Below are positions 1 through 9,644 of a DNA stretch of 64,000 nt, piece after piece. A model generated the notes under the pieces. It was not told the DNA's origin. It searched no databases and worked only from the letters and a program-made list of their open reading frames with translations. Origin of the DNA: Christensenellales bacterium (lineage in GTDB: Bacteria; Bacillota; Clostridia; Christensenellales; CAG-138); contig JBGULC010000028.1 of NCBI GenBank assembly GCA_045114775.1, positions 20,483 through 84,482 on the forward strand, read 5' to 3'. The number at the start of each line of letters is the position of its first letter. Positions within the stretch are counted from its first letter, which is position 1. The position numbers and the translations under genes were made by a program.

Positions 1-1785
1 CGGAATCTTCATCATCTGCGCCTCGCGGATCTTGAAGCCGATCTTCTCGTTTCTGAGGTCCGTCTCCACGCGGATGCCCTTCTCCTCAAGCGCCTCCCGT
101 ACCGCTTCCGCCGCGTCGTTTGCGCGGTCGGTAATGGTCATGATCTTGACCTGCACCGGCGCGAGCCAGGTCGGAAACGCGCCCATCGTTTCCTCGATGA
201 GATACGCCATAAAGCGGTCCAAAGAGCCGAGGATCGCGCGGTGCAGCACGACCGGCGTGCGCTCCTTGCCGTCCTTGTCGATGTAGGTCAGGTTGAACCG
301 TGCCGGCAGGCAGAAGTCGAGCTGGCAGGTGGAGAGCGTGTATTCCGCGCCGACGGCGGGCGTGACGTAGACGTCGAGCTTCGGACCGTAGAACGCTGCT
401 TCGCCGATCTCCTCGGTGTATTCGAGCCCGAGCGAGTTCAATACGTCGCGCAGCGCGTTCTCCGCGGTGTTCCACATCTCGTCGTCGTCATGATACTTGA
501 CCTTGTCGGCAGGGTCGCGCAGCGACAGCGCGCAACGGTAGTTCGTGATGCCGAAGTCCTTATAGGTCGAGAAGATCAGGTCAACGACCTTTGCGAATTC
601 GTCCTTGATCTGCTCGGGGGTCACGAACAGGTGCGCGTCGTTCTGGCAGAAGTGCCGTCCGCGTTCAATCCCCTTCAGCGTGCCGGACGCCTCATAGCGG
701 AAATCGTGCGCGATCTCGCCGATGCGGACCGGCAGGTTCCGGTAGGAATGCGGCGAATTTGCGTAGATGCGCATGTGGTGCGGGCAGTTCATCGGGCGCA
801 GCACATATGTCTCGTCCTCCACGTTCATCGCCGGGAACATGTTCTGCTGATAGTGATCCCAGTGTCCCGAAGTCTTGTAGAGGTTGACGGTGCCGATACA
901 CGGGGTCAGAACATGCTGATAGCCGGTCTTGATCTCGCGGTCGCGGATGTAGTCCTCAAGGATGCGCCAAAGCGTGTATCCCTTCGGCAAAAACATCGGC
1001 ATGCCCTTTCCGACGAGCTCGTCGGTCATGAAGAGACCGAGCTCGCGGCCGAGCTTTCTGTGGTCGCGCTTCTTCGCTTCCTCGATGCGGGTGATGTACG
1101 CTTCGAGGTCTTCCTTCTTCGCAAACGCGGTGGCGTAGATGCGCTGCAGCATCTTGTTCTTCTCCGAGCCGCGCCAGTATGCGCCCGCAAGACTCATGAT
1201 CTTGATGTTCTTGACCTTGCCGGTGCTTGCGACGTGCGGACCTGCGCAGAGGTCGACGAACTCGCCCTGACGATAGAAGCTGATTGTCTCGTCCTCGGGA
1301 AGGTCCTCAATGAGCTCGACCTTGTAGGGTTCACCCTTCTCCTGCATGAACGCGATCGCTTCCTCGCGCGGGAGCTCGAAGCGTTCGAGCTTGTGGTTCT
1401 CGTTTACGATGCGCTCCATCTCCTTCTCGATCGCCTTGAAATCGTCCGGCGTGAACGCATGCGGAGAATCAAAATCGTAATAGAAGCCGTCCGCGATCGC
1501 GGGACCGATGGCAAGCTTCGCCTCCGGCCAGAGGCGCTTCACCGCCTGCGCAAGGATATGCGAGCCGGTGTGGCGATACGCCCAGCGTCCGTCCTCGTCC
1601 TCCCATGTCAGAAGCTTCAGTTCGCAGTCTTCATTGATCGGGCGGAACGCGTCCGCACGTTCGCCGTTGATTGCGCAGCAAAGGGTCGCCTTTTTGAGTC
1701 CGTTTGAGATCGCTCCCGCAATGTCAAGCGCACTCATGCCGTTCTCGAATTCCCGCTTGGATCCGTCGGGAAACGTAATGATCAT
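1..1785 (-). CDS. thrS: threonine--tRNA ligase (3' end and stop codon lie outside the window)
   Basis: The minus frame is open from the window edge, so it is absent from the ORF track. My translation starts MIITFPDGSKREFENG. It contains RPMNCPHHMRIY and ends in-window with HRAILGSLDRFMAYLIEETMGAFPTWLAPVQVKI. GGAGG RBS at 1793-1797. The + ORF 241..1707 is its antisense shadow. Confidence 0.9.
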   Translation of the reverse strand, partial: MIITFPDGSKREFENGMSALDIAGAISNGLKKATLCCAINGERADAFRPINEDCELKLLTWEDEDGRWAYRHTGSHILAQAVKRLWPEAKLAIGPAIADGFYYDFDSPHAFTPDDFKAIEKEMERIVNENHKLERFELPREEAIAFMQEKGEPYKVELIEDLPEDETISFYRQGEFVDLCAGPHVASTGKVKNIKIMSLAGAYWRGSEKNKMLQRIYATAFAKKEDLEAYITRIEEAKKRDHRKLGRELGLFMTDELVGKGMPMFLPKGYTLWRILEDYIRDREIKTGYQHVLTPCIGTVNLYKTSGHWDHYQQNMFPAMNVEDETYVLRPMNCPHHMRIYANSPHSYRNLPVRIGEIAHDFRYEASGTLKGIERGRHFCQNDAHLFVTPEQIKDEFAKVVDLIFSTYKDFGITNYRCALSLRDPADKVKYHDDDEMWNTAENALRDVLNSLGLEYTEEIGEAAFYGPKLDVYVTPAVGAEYTLSTCQLDFCLPARFNLTYIDKDGKERTPVVLHRAILGSLDRFMAYLIEETMGAFPTWLAPVQVKIMTITDRANDAAEAVREALEEKGIRVETDLRNEKIGFKIREAQMMKIP

Positions 1786-1805
1786 ACCGATACCTCCATG
1801 TTTCT

Positions 1806-2007
1806 TAGTAAAATAAAACGCCCCTCGGTTTACGAGGGACGCGAATCGCGTGGTTCCACCCTGTTTGGTGCTCTGTTCGCTGTAACGGGCGAGCCCGCTT
1901 TGATCCTCCGGCGGTCTTCACGCTGTACTTCGCGCGGCGCTCTCACCGTCCGCCGCTCGCTTTCCGAAGCCGATAAACGCTACTGCTTCCGAATTCGCCT
2001 CAAAGTT
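1806..2007 (-). promoter_or_regulatory. T-box leader of thrS (candidate specifier ACC, Thr)
   Basis: The minus strand reads GGGTGGAACCACGCG (T-box motif, 1849-1862). It is followed by hairpin GTCCCTCG-TAAAC-CGAGGGGC plus a TTTTATTTT terminator (1812-1842). GAAG-ACC-G at 1913-1915 fits a specifier loop. Confidence 0.75.
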
Positions 2008-2013
2008 GAACAC

Positions 2014-2041
2014 ATTATACCACACTTCGGTTATTTGTCAA
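2014..2041 (-). promoter_or_regulatory. sigma-A type promoter of the thrS leader
   Basis: Minus strand: TTGACA (2036-2041), 16 nt, TGgTATAAT (-10 at 2014-2019). Confidence 0.55.
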
Positions 2042-2049
2042 CCGGAATC

Positions 2050-3426
2050 TTACGCTTTTTTCGGAGCGCGGGCGGTTCTGACGGTCACGATAAAATCCGT
2101 ATAGGTTTCGCCGTCGCTGTCGCAGCGGATCGTGCCGCCCATCGTTTCGATCAGGTTCTTCGCGATCGCAAGCCCCAGACCATAGCTGCCTTCAATGTGC
2201 GTCCTGCCTGCATCGGCACGGTAGAAACGGTCGAAAATGCTCTGGCGGTCCTCCTTCGGAATGCCGACGCCCTCGCTGCGTACCGAAACAACGATACTTC
2301 TTCGCTTTCTGAACGCCGAGATTCGAGTACTTTTTCCTTTCGGAGTATACTTTCCCGCGTTGTCCAAAAGGGCATTTATGACCTGCTTGAACGCATTCTC
2401 CTCGGCAACGGTATAAAGCTCCTCCTCTACCTGCGTGTCAAGTCCTACGCCTTGCTCATACAGAAGCGATTCATAGCGCAGCGCACATTCTGTAACAGCG
2501 TCGGAAGCCGAAAAGACCGTATTGTTCCGCTGTTGTGCTGCGCGGCTCTTGATGCGGGCGGATTCGAGCATCCGCGTAATGAGAAGATTGATCCTGCGCG
2601 CCTCGTCTCGAATCACACCGAAGCGGCGTTCGTTCTCCTCCTGCTGTTCGGCTGTACCGAGCTCCGCCGTGGACAGGATGATCGCAAGCGGCGTTTTGAT
2701 CTCATGCGAGGCGTCGGCAACGAAGCGTTCCTGATTCTCCCATGCACGCTCCGCAGGTCTCAAAAGTATGTTTGCGGAGAAACGAAGCAGCAGATAGAAC
2801 GCTCCCGCGAACCCGAGCAGAAGTCCAAGACCCGCGATCAGAAGACGATTCAGAAAACGCGCATAACCGCTGTAATCGACGATCGCAATGCTGATCATCG
2901 AGCCGGTGCGGTCGACCATAAAGCAGAATGCTTCGCTGTCGATGCGGTCGATCCGCTTGTTGCTCTTCAGCATGACGTCGAACAGTGTTCGCCACGATTC
3001 GCTGTCGTCAAGGTACGGACGCTCGCCGCGGATCTGCAGGATCTGATCGTTTTCCGAAAGCGCCGTAGCGTTCGGATCGGAGTGCGGTTGCCAGATCTGA
3101 AAGAGATAGGTCGGAAACCGCGTGCCGCCGACGGTCGCCTTGCGCGGGCCGTCCAAGCCGAGCCGCGCCGCAAGGTCTTCGCGCTCCTTCCGGATCGGTT
3201 CGCCGTTCTCGTCAAGCTCTTTCTCTTCATCCGGATTCGGTTCCTGCTCTTCTTCCTCGACGACGCCGCCGCTCGTAAAGTGGATCAGGGAAACGAGCTC
3301 GCTCTCGATGCTCGAATCGACGAAGCGCACCATCATCACCGCCGTGATCAGAAAGATGACGATCAGGATGCTGCAGACGGCAAGGAACGAGTTGCGGATG
3401 AACCGGCTGTGTTGTTTCCGGATCAT
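2050..3426 (-). CDS. sensor histidine kinase (HisKA + HATPase_c)
   Basis: N-terminal TM helix, H-box DASHEIKTPLAIIL, G-box GYGLGLAIAKNLIETMGG. Its start overlaps the regulator stop by 4 nt. Confidence 0.85.
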   Translation of the reverse strand: MIRKQHSRFIRNSFLAVCSILIVIFLITAVMMVRFVDSSIESELVSLIHFTSGGVVEEEEQEPNPDEEKELDENGEPIRKEREDLAARLGLDGPRKATVGGTRFPTYLFQIWQPHSDPNATALSENDQILQIRGERPYLDDSESWRTLFDVMLKSNKRIDRIDSEAFCFMVDRTGSMISIAIVDYSGYARFLNRLLIAGLGLLLGFAGAFYLLLRFSANILLRPAERAWENQERFVADASHEIKTPLAIILSTAELGTAEQQEENERRFGVIRDEARRINLLITRMLESARIKSRAAQQRNNTVFSASDAVTECALRYESLLYEQGVGLDTQVEEELYTVAEENAFKQVINALLDNAGKYTPKGKSTRISAFRKRRSIVVSVRSEGVGIPKEDRQSIFDRFYRADAGRTHIEGSYGLGLAIAKNLIETMGGTIRCDSDGETYTDFIVTVRTARAPKKA

Positions 3427-4100
3427 GCTCCGCCCTCGGTAAGCTTATAGCCGAACTTGCGCAGCGTTTCAATCTGCACGTTCGTATGCAGAAACCGCAG
3501 TTTTTTGCGAAGAAACGAGATATAGACCTCGACGTTGTTGTCCTCGGCCTCGGAATCGACGCCCCACGCGCGTTTCAGAAGCTCGTCCTTGCTGACGACG
3601 ACGCTTCCGTTCGTCATCAGGATATGCAGGATCGAGAATTCCTTCTTGCCGAGGCGGATCGAACGTTCGCCGCACAACAGCTCGCAGGTCGATTTGTTCA
3701 GCGTAAGATCGCCGAATTTCAGCTCGTCCATCACGACCTCGCCGCGCCGCCTTGTGAGCGCGCGCACGCAGGCCAGAAGCTCCTGCATCTCAAACGGCTT
3801 CGTGAGATAGTAATCCGCGCCGAGATCGAGCCCGTGCACGTAATCCTCGACGCCCGACTTTGCGGTAAGCACCAGGATCGGCGTCGCGTCGCCGTCCTTC
3901 CGAAGCTCCTCCACGATCGAAAACCCGTTTCGTTTCGGCAGCATCACGTCAAGGATCAGCAGGTCGTAAGATCCCTTTCTCGCGTATTCCAGTCCGGATT
4001 CGCCGTCGTAACAGACGTCGCTGTCGAAGCGGTTCTGCTTCAGCATCTGCCGCAGCGTTTCCGCAAGGTTCGCCTCGTCCTCCACGATCAGAACGCGCAT
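3423..4100 (-). CDS. OmpR/PhoB-family response regulator
   Basis: MRVLIVEDE...DLLILDVMLP receiver domain plus a C-terminal winged-helix (VEVYISFLRKKL...RKFGYKL). Confidence 0.9.
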   Translation of the reverse strand: MRVLIVEDEANLAETLRQMLKQNRFDSDVCYDGESGLEYARKGSYDLLILDVMLPKRNGFSIVEELRKDGDATPILVLTAKSGVEDYVHGLDLGADYYLTKPFEMQELLACVRALTRRRGEVVMDELKFGDLTLNKSTCELLCGERSIRLGKKEFSILHILMTNGSVVVSKDELLKRAWGVDSEAEDNNVEVYISFLRKKLRFLHTNVQIETLRKFGYKLTEGGA

Positions 4101-4143
4101 AGCTGCCCTCCCTCTCTTCGCTTTCGTTATTCTTCGGTGATGT

Positions 4144-7100
4144 TCAGATCCGCTCGACGGAAAGCGTGATCGCGTTCCCGTTCAGATCCCAGTCCTTCGT
4201 GTAACCGAACGCGCCCTCCTCGATGCGCTCCGCGAGCGTGTCCGCCTTCACACCGTCGGCGTACTTTTCGAGCACCCTTGCCGCCTCGCCGCCGTTCCGA
4301 TACCCGATGCGGATGTGGTCTGCGACCTCGAAGCCCGCTTCCTTGCGCATCGTCTGCAGCTTGGAGACCAGCTCGCGCATGAGGCCTTCTTCTTTGAGCT
4401 CCGGCGTCAGGTTCGTGTCGAGCACGACGGTCACGCCGCTGCCCTGTTCGCTGACAAGTCCTTCCTTCTGCTGCGTCGAAACAAGCACGTCGTCCGGAGA
4501 AAGCACGACCTCCGTGCCGTCGATCTCGAAGGTATAGTTCTGTCCCGCATGGTGCTGCTTTACGATCTCGTCGCCGTTTGCAGCAAGATGCGCACTGATC
4601 TTTCCGAGCAGTTTTCCGTAACGCGGTCCGAGCGTGCGAAGCTGCGGCTTAACCTTATAGCTCATCAGCGCGTCGGCGTTCTCGATGAACGCGACCTCCT
4701 TGACGTTCAGCTCCTCGGCGGCGATCGCAGCGGCGCGCTCGGAGAGCGCTTCGCCCTGGACATACATTTTCTGCAGCGGCTGACGCGTCTTCTGCCCCGC
4801 GCTGCTTCTGGCGCTTCTGCCCACCGTGACGATGTTCAGGACCTTCGCCATCTCGTCCTCGAGGTCCGCGTCGATGAAGGAATCATCCGCGGCAGGATAG
4901 TCGTTGAGGTGTACCGAGATCGGCGCGGTGTCATCCACGCTGCGCACGATGTTCTGATAGATCGCCTCCGTCATGAACGGGCAGAACGGCGCGGCCAGCA
5001 GCGTGACGGTCTTCAGAACCGTGCAGAGCGTCATATACGCGGCTTCCTTGTCGTCGGTCATCTCCGCACCCCAGTACCGGTCGCGGCAGCGGCGCACGTA
5101 CCAGTTACTTAGCTCATCCGCAAAGTCGATGAGCAGTCTGCCCGCTTCGGTGATGCGGAACGCTTCAAGATTTCCGTCGACGCCTTTCACGAGCGTCTGC
5201 AGCCGCGAAAGGATCCAGCGATCCATCAGCGACAGGTTCTCGCGCTTCAAGGCATGCTTCGTCGGATCGAACTTGTCGATCTCGGCGTAGAGCACATAGA
5301 ACGCATAGGTGTTCCAAAGGGTCGCCATGAACTTTCGCTGATACTCGCTGACCGCCTCGCCCGAGAAGCGCGACGGAAGCCACGGCGCGGAGCCGGTGTA
5401 GAAATACCAGCGGACCGCGTCGGCGCCCTGCTTATCGAGCACATCCGCCGGCGCGATGACGTTGCCGATGTGCTTGGACATCTTCTTGCCGTCCTTGTCG
5501 CAGACAAGACCGAGCACGACGCAGTTTTCGAACGGCGCCTTGTCAAAGAGACATGCGGCGACCGCCATCAGCGTATAGAACCAGCCGCGGGTCTGATCGA
5601 CCGCTTCGGAGATGAACGCTGCCGGATAGCGACGCTCGAATTCTTCCTTGTTTTCAAAGGGATAGTGCCACTGCGCAAACGGCATGGAGCCGGAATCGAA
5701 CCAGCAGTCGATGACGACCGGCTCGCGCTTCATGATCCTTCCGCATTCCGGGCACACGACCTCGACGCGATCGATGTAGGGCTTATGCAGCTCGATGTCC
5801 TCCGGGCAGTTGCGGCTCATCTTTTTGAGCTCTTCCCGGCTGCCGATCACGTGAACGTGACCGCAGTCGCACATCCAGACGGGCAGCGGCGTGCCCCAGT
5901 AGCGCTCGCGGGAGATGCCCCAGTCGATGACGTTCTCGAGAAAGTTGCCCATGCGGCCCTCGCCGATCGTCTCGGGGATCCAGTTGACCGACTTGTTGAA
6001 CGCGATCAGCTTGTCCTTCACCGCAGTCATCTTGATGAACCAGCTCTCGCGGGCGTAATAGATCAGCGGCGTGTCGCAGCGCCAGCAGAACGGGTAGCTG
6101 TGCTCGAACGGGATCGCGGAAAACAGCTTGCCGCTTTCTTTCAGCGCTTCCATGATCGGCTTGTCAGCATCCTTCACGAACAGCCCGTCCCACGGCGTGC
6201 CGCCGCACATATGACCGGAGGTGTTGACAAGCTGCAAAAACGGCAGATCCCAGACCTTGCCGACGCGGTTGTCGTCCTCGCCGAACGCCGGCGCGATGTG
6301 AACGACGCCGGTGCCGTCGGTCAGCGTGACATAATCGTCCGCGACGACGCGATAGCCCTTCTTGCCCCGGAAATTCACAGGCAGGTCAAACAGCGGCTCG
6401 TATTCCGTGCCGACCAGGCTCTCGCCGGAGAACGTCTCGACGATCTCGGCGCCTTCGCCGAGAACGGACGGGACCAGCGCTTCCGCCATGATGTAGGTCT
6501 TGCCGTCCGCTACGACCTTGCAGTAGGTCTCGTGCGCGTTGACGCACAGCGCGACGTTCGAGGGCAGCGTCCACGGCGTGGTCGTCCACGCAAGGATCGC
6601 CGTGCCGCTTCCGTCTTTGAGATAGAAGCGCGCGATCGCGGAGACCTCCTTGACGTCGTGATAGCCCTGCGCGACCTCGTGGCTCGACAAAGCCGTGCCG
6701 CAGCGCGGGCAGTACGGGACGATCTTGTGTCCCTTATAGAGAAGCCCCTTTTCGTGGATCGTCTTCAGCGCCCACCACTCGGACTCGATATAATCGTCCT
6801 TATAGGTGACGTAGGGATTGTCCATGTCGCACCAGAAGCCGACGCGGTCGCTCATCTCGCGCCACTGCGATTCATACTTCCAGACGGACTGCTTGCACGC
6901 CTTGATGAACGGTTCGACGCCGTAGCCCTCGATCTGCTCCTTGCCGTCGAGGCCCAGGGATTTTTCAACCTCCAGCTCGACCGGAAGGCCGTGCGTATCC
7001 CAGCCCGCTTTTCTGAGGACGTCGTAGCCCTTCATCGTCTTATAGCGCGGGATCAGGTCCTTGATGCTTCTGGTCAGCACATGCCCGATGTGCGGCTTGC

Positions 7101-7254
7101 CGTTTGCCGTCGGCGGGCCGTCGAAGAACGTGAAGGCGGGCTTGCCCTTGCGCCATTCCACGCTCTTCTCAAAAACGCGATTCTCTTTCCAGAACGCCAG
7201 CGTTTCCTTTTCGCGGGAAACGAAATCCATGTCCGTACTTACTTTCTTATACAT
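4144..7254 (-). CDS. ileS: isoleucine--tRNA ligase (type 2, ~1036 aa)
   Basis: HIGH-type motif PPTANGKPHIGHVLTR and KMSKS motif KKMSKHIGN. I placed the start at ATG 7254 (MYKKV) behind GGAGG 7260-7264, because the track's TTG start overlaps the RBS. Confidence 0.95.
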   Translation of the reverse strand: MYKKVSTDMDFVSREKETLAFWKENRVFEKSVEWRKGKPAFTFFDGPPTANGKPHIGHVLTRSIKDLIPRYKTMKGYDVLRKAGWDTHGLPVELEVEKSLGLDGKEQIEGYGVEPFIKACKQSVWKYESQWREMSDRVGFWCDMDNPYVTYKDDYIESEWWALKTIHEKGLLYKGHKIVPYCPRCGTALSSHEVAQGYHDVKEVSAIARFYLKDGSGTAILAWTTTPWTLPSNVALCVNAHETYCKVVADGKTYIMAEALVPSVLGEGAEIVETFSGESLVGTEYEPLFDLPVNFRGKKGYRVVADDYVTLTDGTGVVHIAPAFGEDDNRVGKVWDLPFLQLVNTSGHMCGGTPWDGLFVKDADKPIMEALKESGKLFSAIPFEHSYPFCWRCDTPLIYYARESWFIKMTAVKDKLIAFNKSVNWIPETIGEGRMGNFLENVIDWGISRERYWGTPLPVWMCDCGHVHVIGSREELKKMSRNCPEDIELHKPYIDRVEVVCPECGRIMKREPVVIDCWFDSGSMPFAQWHYPFENKEEFERRYPAAFISEAVDQTRGWFYTLMAVAACLFDKAPFENCVVLGLVCDKDGKKMSKHIGNVIAPADVLDKQGADAVRWYFYTGSAPWLPSRFSGEAVSEYQRKFMATLWNTYAFYVLYAEIDKFDPTKHALKRENLSLMDRWILSRLQTLVKGVDGNLEAFRITEAGRLLIDFADELSNWYVRRCRDRYWGAEMTDDKEAAYMTLCTVLKTVTLLAAPFCPFMTEAIYQNIVRSVDDTAPISVHLNDYPAADDSFIDADLEDEMAKVLNIVTVGRSARSSAGQKTRQPLQKMYVQGEALSERAAAIAAEELNVKEVAFIENADALMSYKVKPQLRTLGPRYGKLLGKISAHLAANGDEIVKQHHAGQNYTFEIDGTEVVLSPDDVLVSTQQKEGLVSEQGSGVTVVLDTNLTPELKEEGLMRELVSKLQTMRKEAGFEVADHIRIGYRNGGEAARVLEKYADGVKADTLAERIEEGAFGYTKDWDLNGNAITLSVERI

Positions 7255-7264
7255 GCTTTCCTCC

Positions 7265-7497
7265 AAAAATAAAATACTTCATCCTCATTTGAGGACGAAG
7301 CTTCTCCGCGGTACCACCTCAGTTGACAGGGTTCCCCCTGCCCGCTCATTGCCCCTTAACGCGGGGATACGGGAACGACTACTCTGTTCGCCGCTCCTCT
7401 CCCGGGTGATTTTCACGTCCGTTCCGCCGCCGCCTTGCACCAAACGCGGCTCGCTGTTGGTTTTCCGATACGTTACTCGTCCCGATCGACGATTTAC
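7265..7497 (-). promoter_or_regulatory. T-box leader of ileS (specifier AUC, Ile)
   Basis: The minus strand has GAAA-ATC-A (codon at 7408-7410) and the T-box motif AACTGAGGTGGTACCGCGGAG. Terminator CTTCGTCCTCA-AA-TGAGGATGAAG plus a T-run lies just before the RBS. Confidence 0.8.
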
Positions 7498-7503
7498 CGG
7501 GAT

Positions 7504-7532
7504 ATTATATCCGAAACCTTTCCGTTTGTAAA
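7504..7532 (-). promoter_or_regulatory. promoter of the ileS leader
   Basis: Minus strand: TTTACA (7527-7532), 17 nt, TATAAT (7504-7509). Confidence 0.55.
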
Positions 7533-7566
7533 GCCCCGATTTTTCAGCTTTTTCACTTTGCGCAGG

Positions 7567-7602
7567 AAAAGAAAAGAAGATCCTCCGATCGTCCGAAGGA
7601 TC
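7567..7602 (-). terminator. rho-independent terminator after the YARHG gene
   Basis: Minus strand: GATCCTTCG-GACGAT-CGGAGGATC followed by TTCTTTTCTTTT. Confidence 0.6.
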
Positions 7603-7624
7603 CTCGCGTATCCATGTTTTCCGC

Positions 7625-9631
7625 TCAGCCGTTTTTGATCAGGTTTTCGAGGAACTTGATCGTAGTGATATTTCCCTTCGTCGCGGGGAACATCTTCGCA
7701 AGATCATCGGCGCTGACCTTTCCGGTCGGTTTATACCAGCTGTATTTGCTGTAAAACTTCTGATAATTGCTTGAATCGCCGAACTGATGTCCTCCGCGTG
7801 CAAACATTTCGTTTCTTGCATAGCCCAAAAGCTGCAGAAGCGTCAGATCGTCGGTCGCCGGAATATCCCAGAGCTCGTCGTAGCTGACCGATTCCTTCGT
7901 GCTCTTCGGCATCACAAGGCCGTCATCGTTGAACGGGCTTTTGCCCTCGTTCTCCGGGAAGACCATGCTGCCGCCGGAAAGCGTATGGACCTTGTAGTCC
8001 TTCAGATCGTCGATGCTGCGCGCCTTCCCGCTGTCGTTGAACACGGTGAGATGCACATCGTCCGCCTTGTAGCCGGTCTCGTTTTCAAGGTCATATACGT
8101 CTGCGACCAGATATTCGGTTCCGGTCGTCTTGGTGATCGTATACACGATACGGAATGCATTGGCATGCTCGGCAGCCTCGTTGCCGACGGCAAAGTAATT
8201 GTACTTGATCTCGCAGCTCTCGAGATTGCTGCCGTATTTCTGTTCCTTCGCGGCGCGGATCGCCTTGCGGACCTCGGTCTGATCGAAGCCGTACAGCGTG
8301 TCGATCGCGTTTTCGTTGCGCTTCGGCGCGGGAGTCGGTGTATCGCCCACTACGTCGTTGAATGTCGGCCACGGGGACTCAGACGCTTCAGCGTTCTGAT
8401 CCGGCGTCGGTTCCGCCGTGGGCGTCGTTGTAACCGTACCCTCGTGCGCGGCGGTCTCCGCCTCGGTCCAGGTCCACTTCGTATTCTTGATGCCGAGGCC
8501 CGCGGTCTTCAGATCGTCCATAACGGTCGCAAGCGCACTCGTCGTCTGGAACGTATAGCCGTCGTCGCCCTTCTGCACCATAACGCCGAGGCTCCGGATC
8601 GCCCGTAAACCGGGATTCGTCTCAGGATCCGCGTTCGGATCGATGCCGACGTCGGTCAGGATCTTCAGCGTATCAACGTCCGCCGTCCATTCTCCGGCGT
8701 CCGTGCGGCGCGTACAAACATAGAGCGGAAAGTCGATCGTGTCCGTCTTCGTCGGCGGTTCACTTGTCGGCTCGCCTGCGGCGCCCGGTTCGGGCAGCGG
8801 GATGACGGCGCCTTCATGCGTCGCCATCTCCCCTTCGGTCCAGGTCCACTTCGTGTTCACGATCCCGATCCCGGCGTTCTTCAGATCCTCCATGACCGTC
8901 GGAAGCGTACTGGTCGTCTGGAACGCATAGCCTTCCGCGGTCTTCTCCATCGTCACTGCAAGGCTTCTCAAAGCCTTCGCGCCGGCGTTCGTTTCAGGAT
9001 CCGTTTTCGGGTCGATGCCCGCATCCGTAAGCAACCGATACACATCGAGTTTTGCTTCGTAGTCGCCGCTCTCATTGCGGTTTGTGCGAACGTATGAAGC
9101 CAGATCGAGCCTGCTCTTATCGACGGTCGGCTGCGTTTCATCCTGCCGCGGATCGCCCGCCGCTTCCTCGCCCTTCCGTTCAAGCGCCTGCATCTCGGCA
9201 CGGCTGAGCTTCAGGACCACATTCTTGAGTTCGATCCCGTATTTCTTCAGAAAAGCATTGGCGTCCGTCTTTTCATCGAGAACACCCGGGCGGAGCTGCA
9301 GGCTCAGAACGTATGACTCTCCGCTGTTCTGCGCATTTACCATATAGACCAGATTCCTGAGGACCCGGATCTCCGGATACTGATCCGGATGCTTCTCCAG
9401 TTCGCCGGGCGTCGGGTTCATCAGGCGTTCCTCCATGATCAGCCGATCGACATCCAACTCTGCGGTATAGCCGCCGTTGCCGTCGCTCTTGACCACCGTA
9501 TACTCATCCATCCTGATCGTCTGTATGTTCCAGCCGTTGTATATGCCGATCCCGATCAGAACGCCGCAAATCAGAAATACCAACAGCGCGCCGAGGCCGC
9601 CGATCAATCTGCGAATCGATGCATTTGACAT
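7625..9631 (-). CDS. membrane-anchored YARHG-domain protein with three copies of a ~100-aa module
   Basis: C-terminal GYARNEMFARGGHQFGDSSNYQKFYSKYSWYKP (YARHG-type motif). N-terminal TM (LGALLVFLICGVLIGIGI). The start is moved to ATG 9631 behind AAGGAGG, which avoids overlap with the upstream gene. Confidence 0.7.
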   Translation of the reverse strand: MSNASIRRLIGGLGALLVFLICGVLIGIGIYNGWNIQTIRMDEYTVVKSDGNGGYTAELDVDRLIMEERLMNPTPGELEKHPDQYPEIRVLRNLVYMVNAQNSGESYVLSLQLRPGVLDEKTDANAFLKKYGIELKNVVLKLSRAEMQALERKGEEAAGDPRQDETQPTVDKSRLDLASYVRTNRNESGDYEAKLDVYRLLTDAGIDPKTDPETNAGAKALRSLAVTMEKTAEGYAFQTTSTLPTVMEDLKNAGIGIVNTKWTWTEGEMATHEGAVIPLPEPGAAGEPTSEPPTKTDTIDFPLYVCTRRTDAGEWTADVDTLKILTDVGIDPNADPETNPGLRAIRSLGVMVQKGDDGYTFQTTSALATVMDDLKTAGLGIKNTKWTWTEAETAAHEGTVTTTPTAEPTPDQNAEASESPWPTFNDVVGDTPTPAPKRNENAIDTLYGFDQTEVRKAIRAAKEQKYGSNLESCEIKYNYFAVGNEAAEHANAFRIVYTITKTTGTEYLVADVYDLENETGYKADDVHLTVFNDSGKARSIDDLKDYKVHTLSGGSMVFPENEGKSPFNDDGLVMPKSTKESVSYDELWDIPATDDLTLLQLLGYARNEMFARGGHQFGDSSNYQKFYSKYSWYKPTGKVSADDLAKMFPATKGNITTIKFLENLIKNG

Positions 9632-9644
9632 ATCCGTACCTCCT

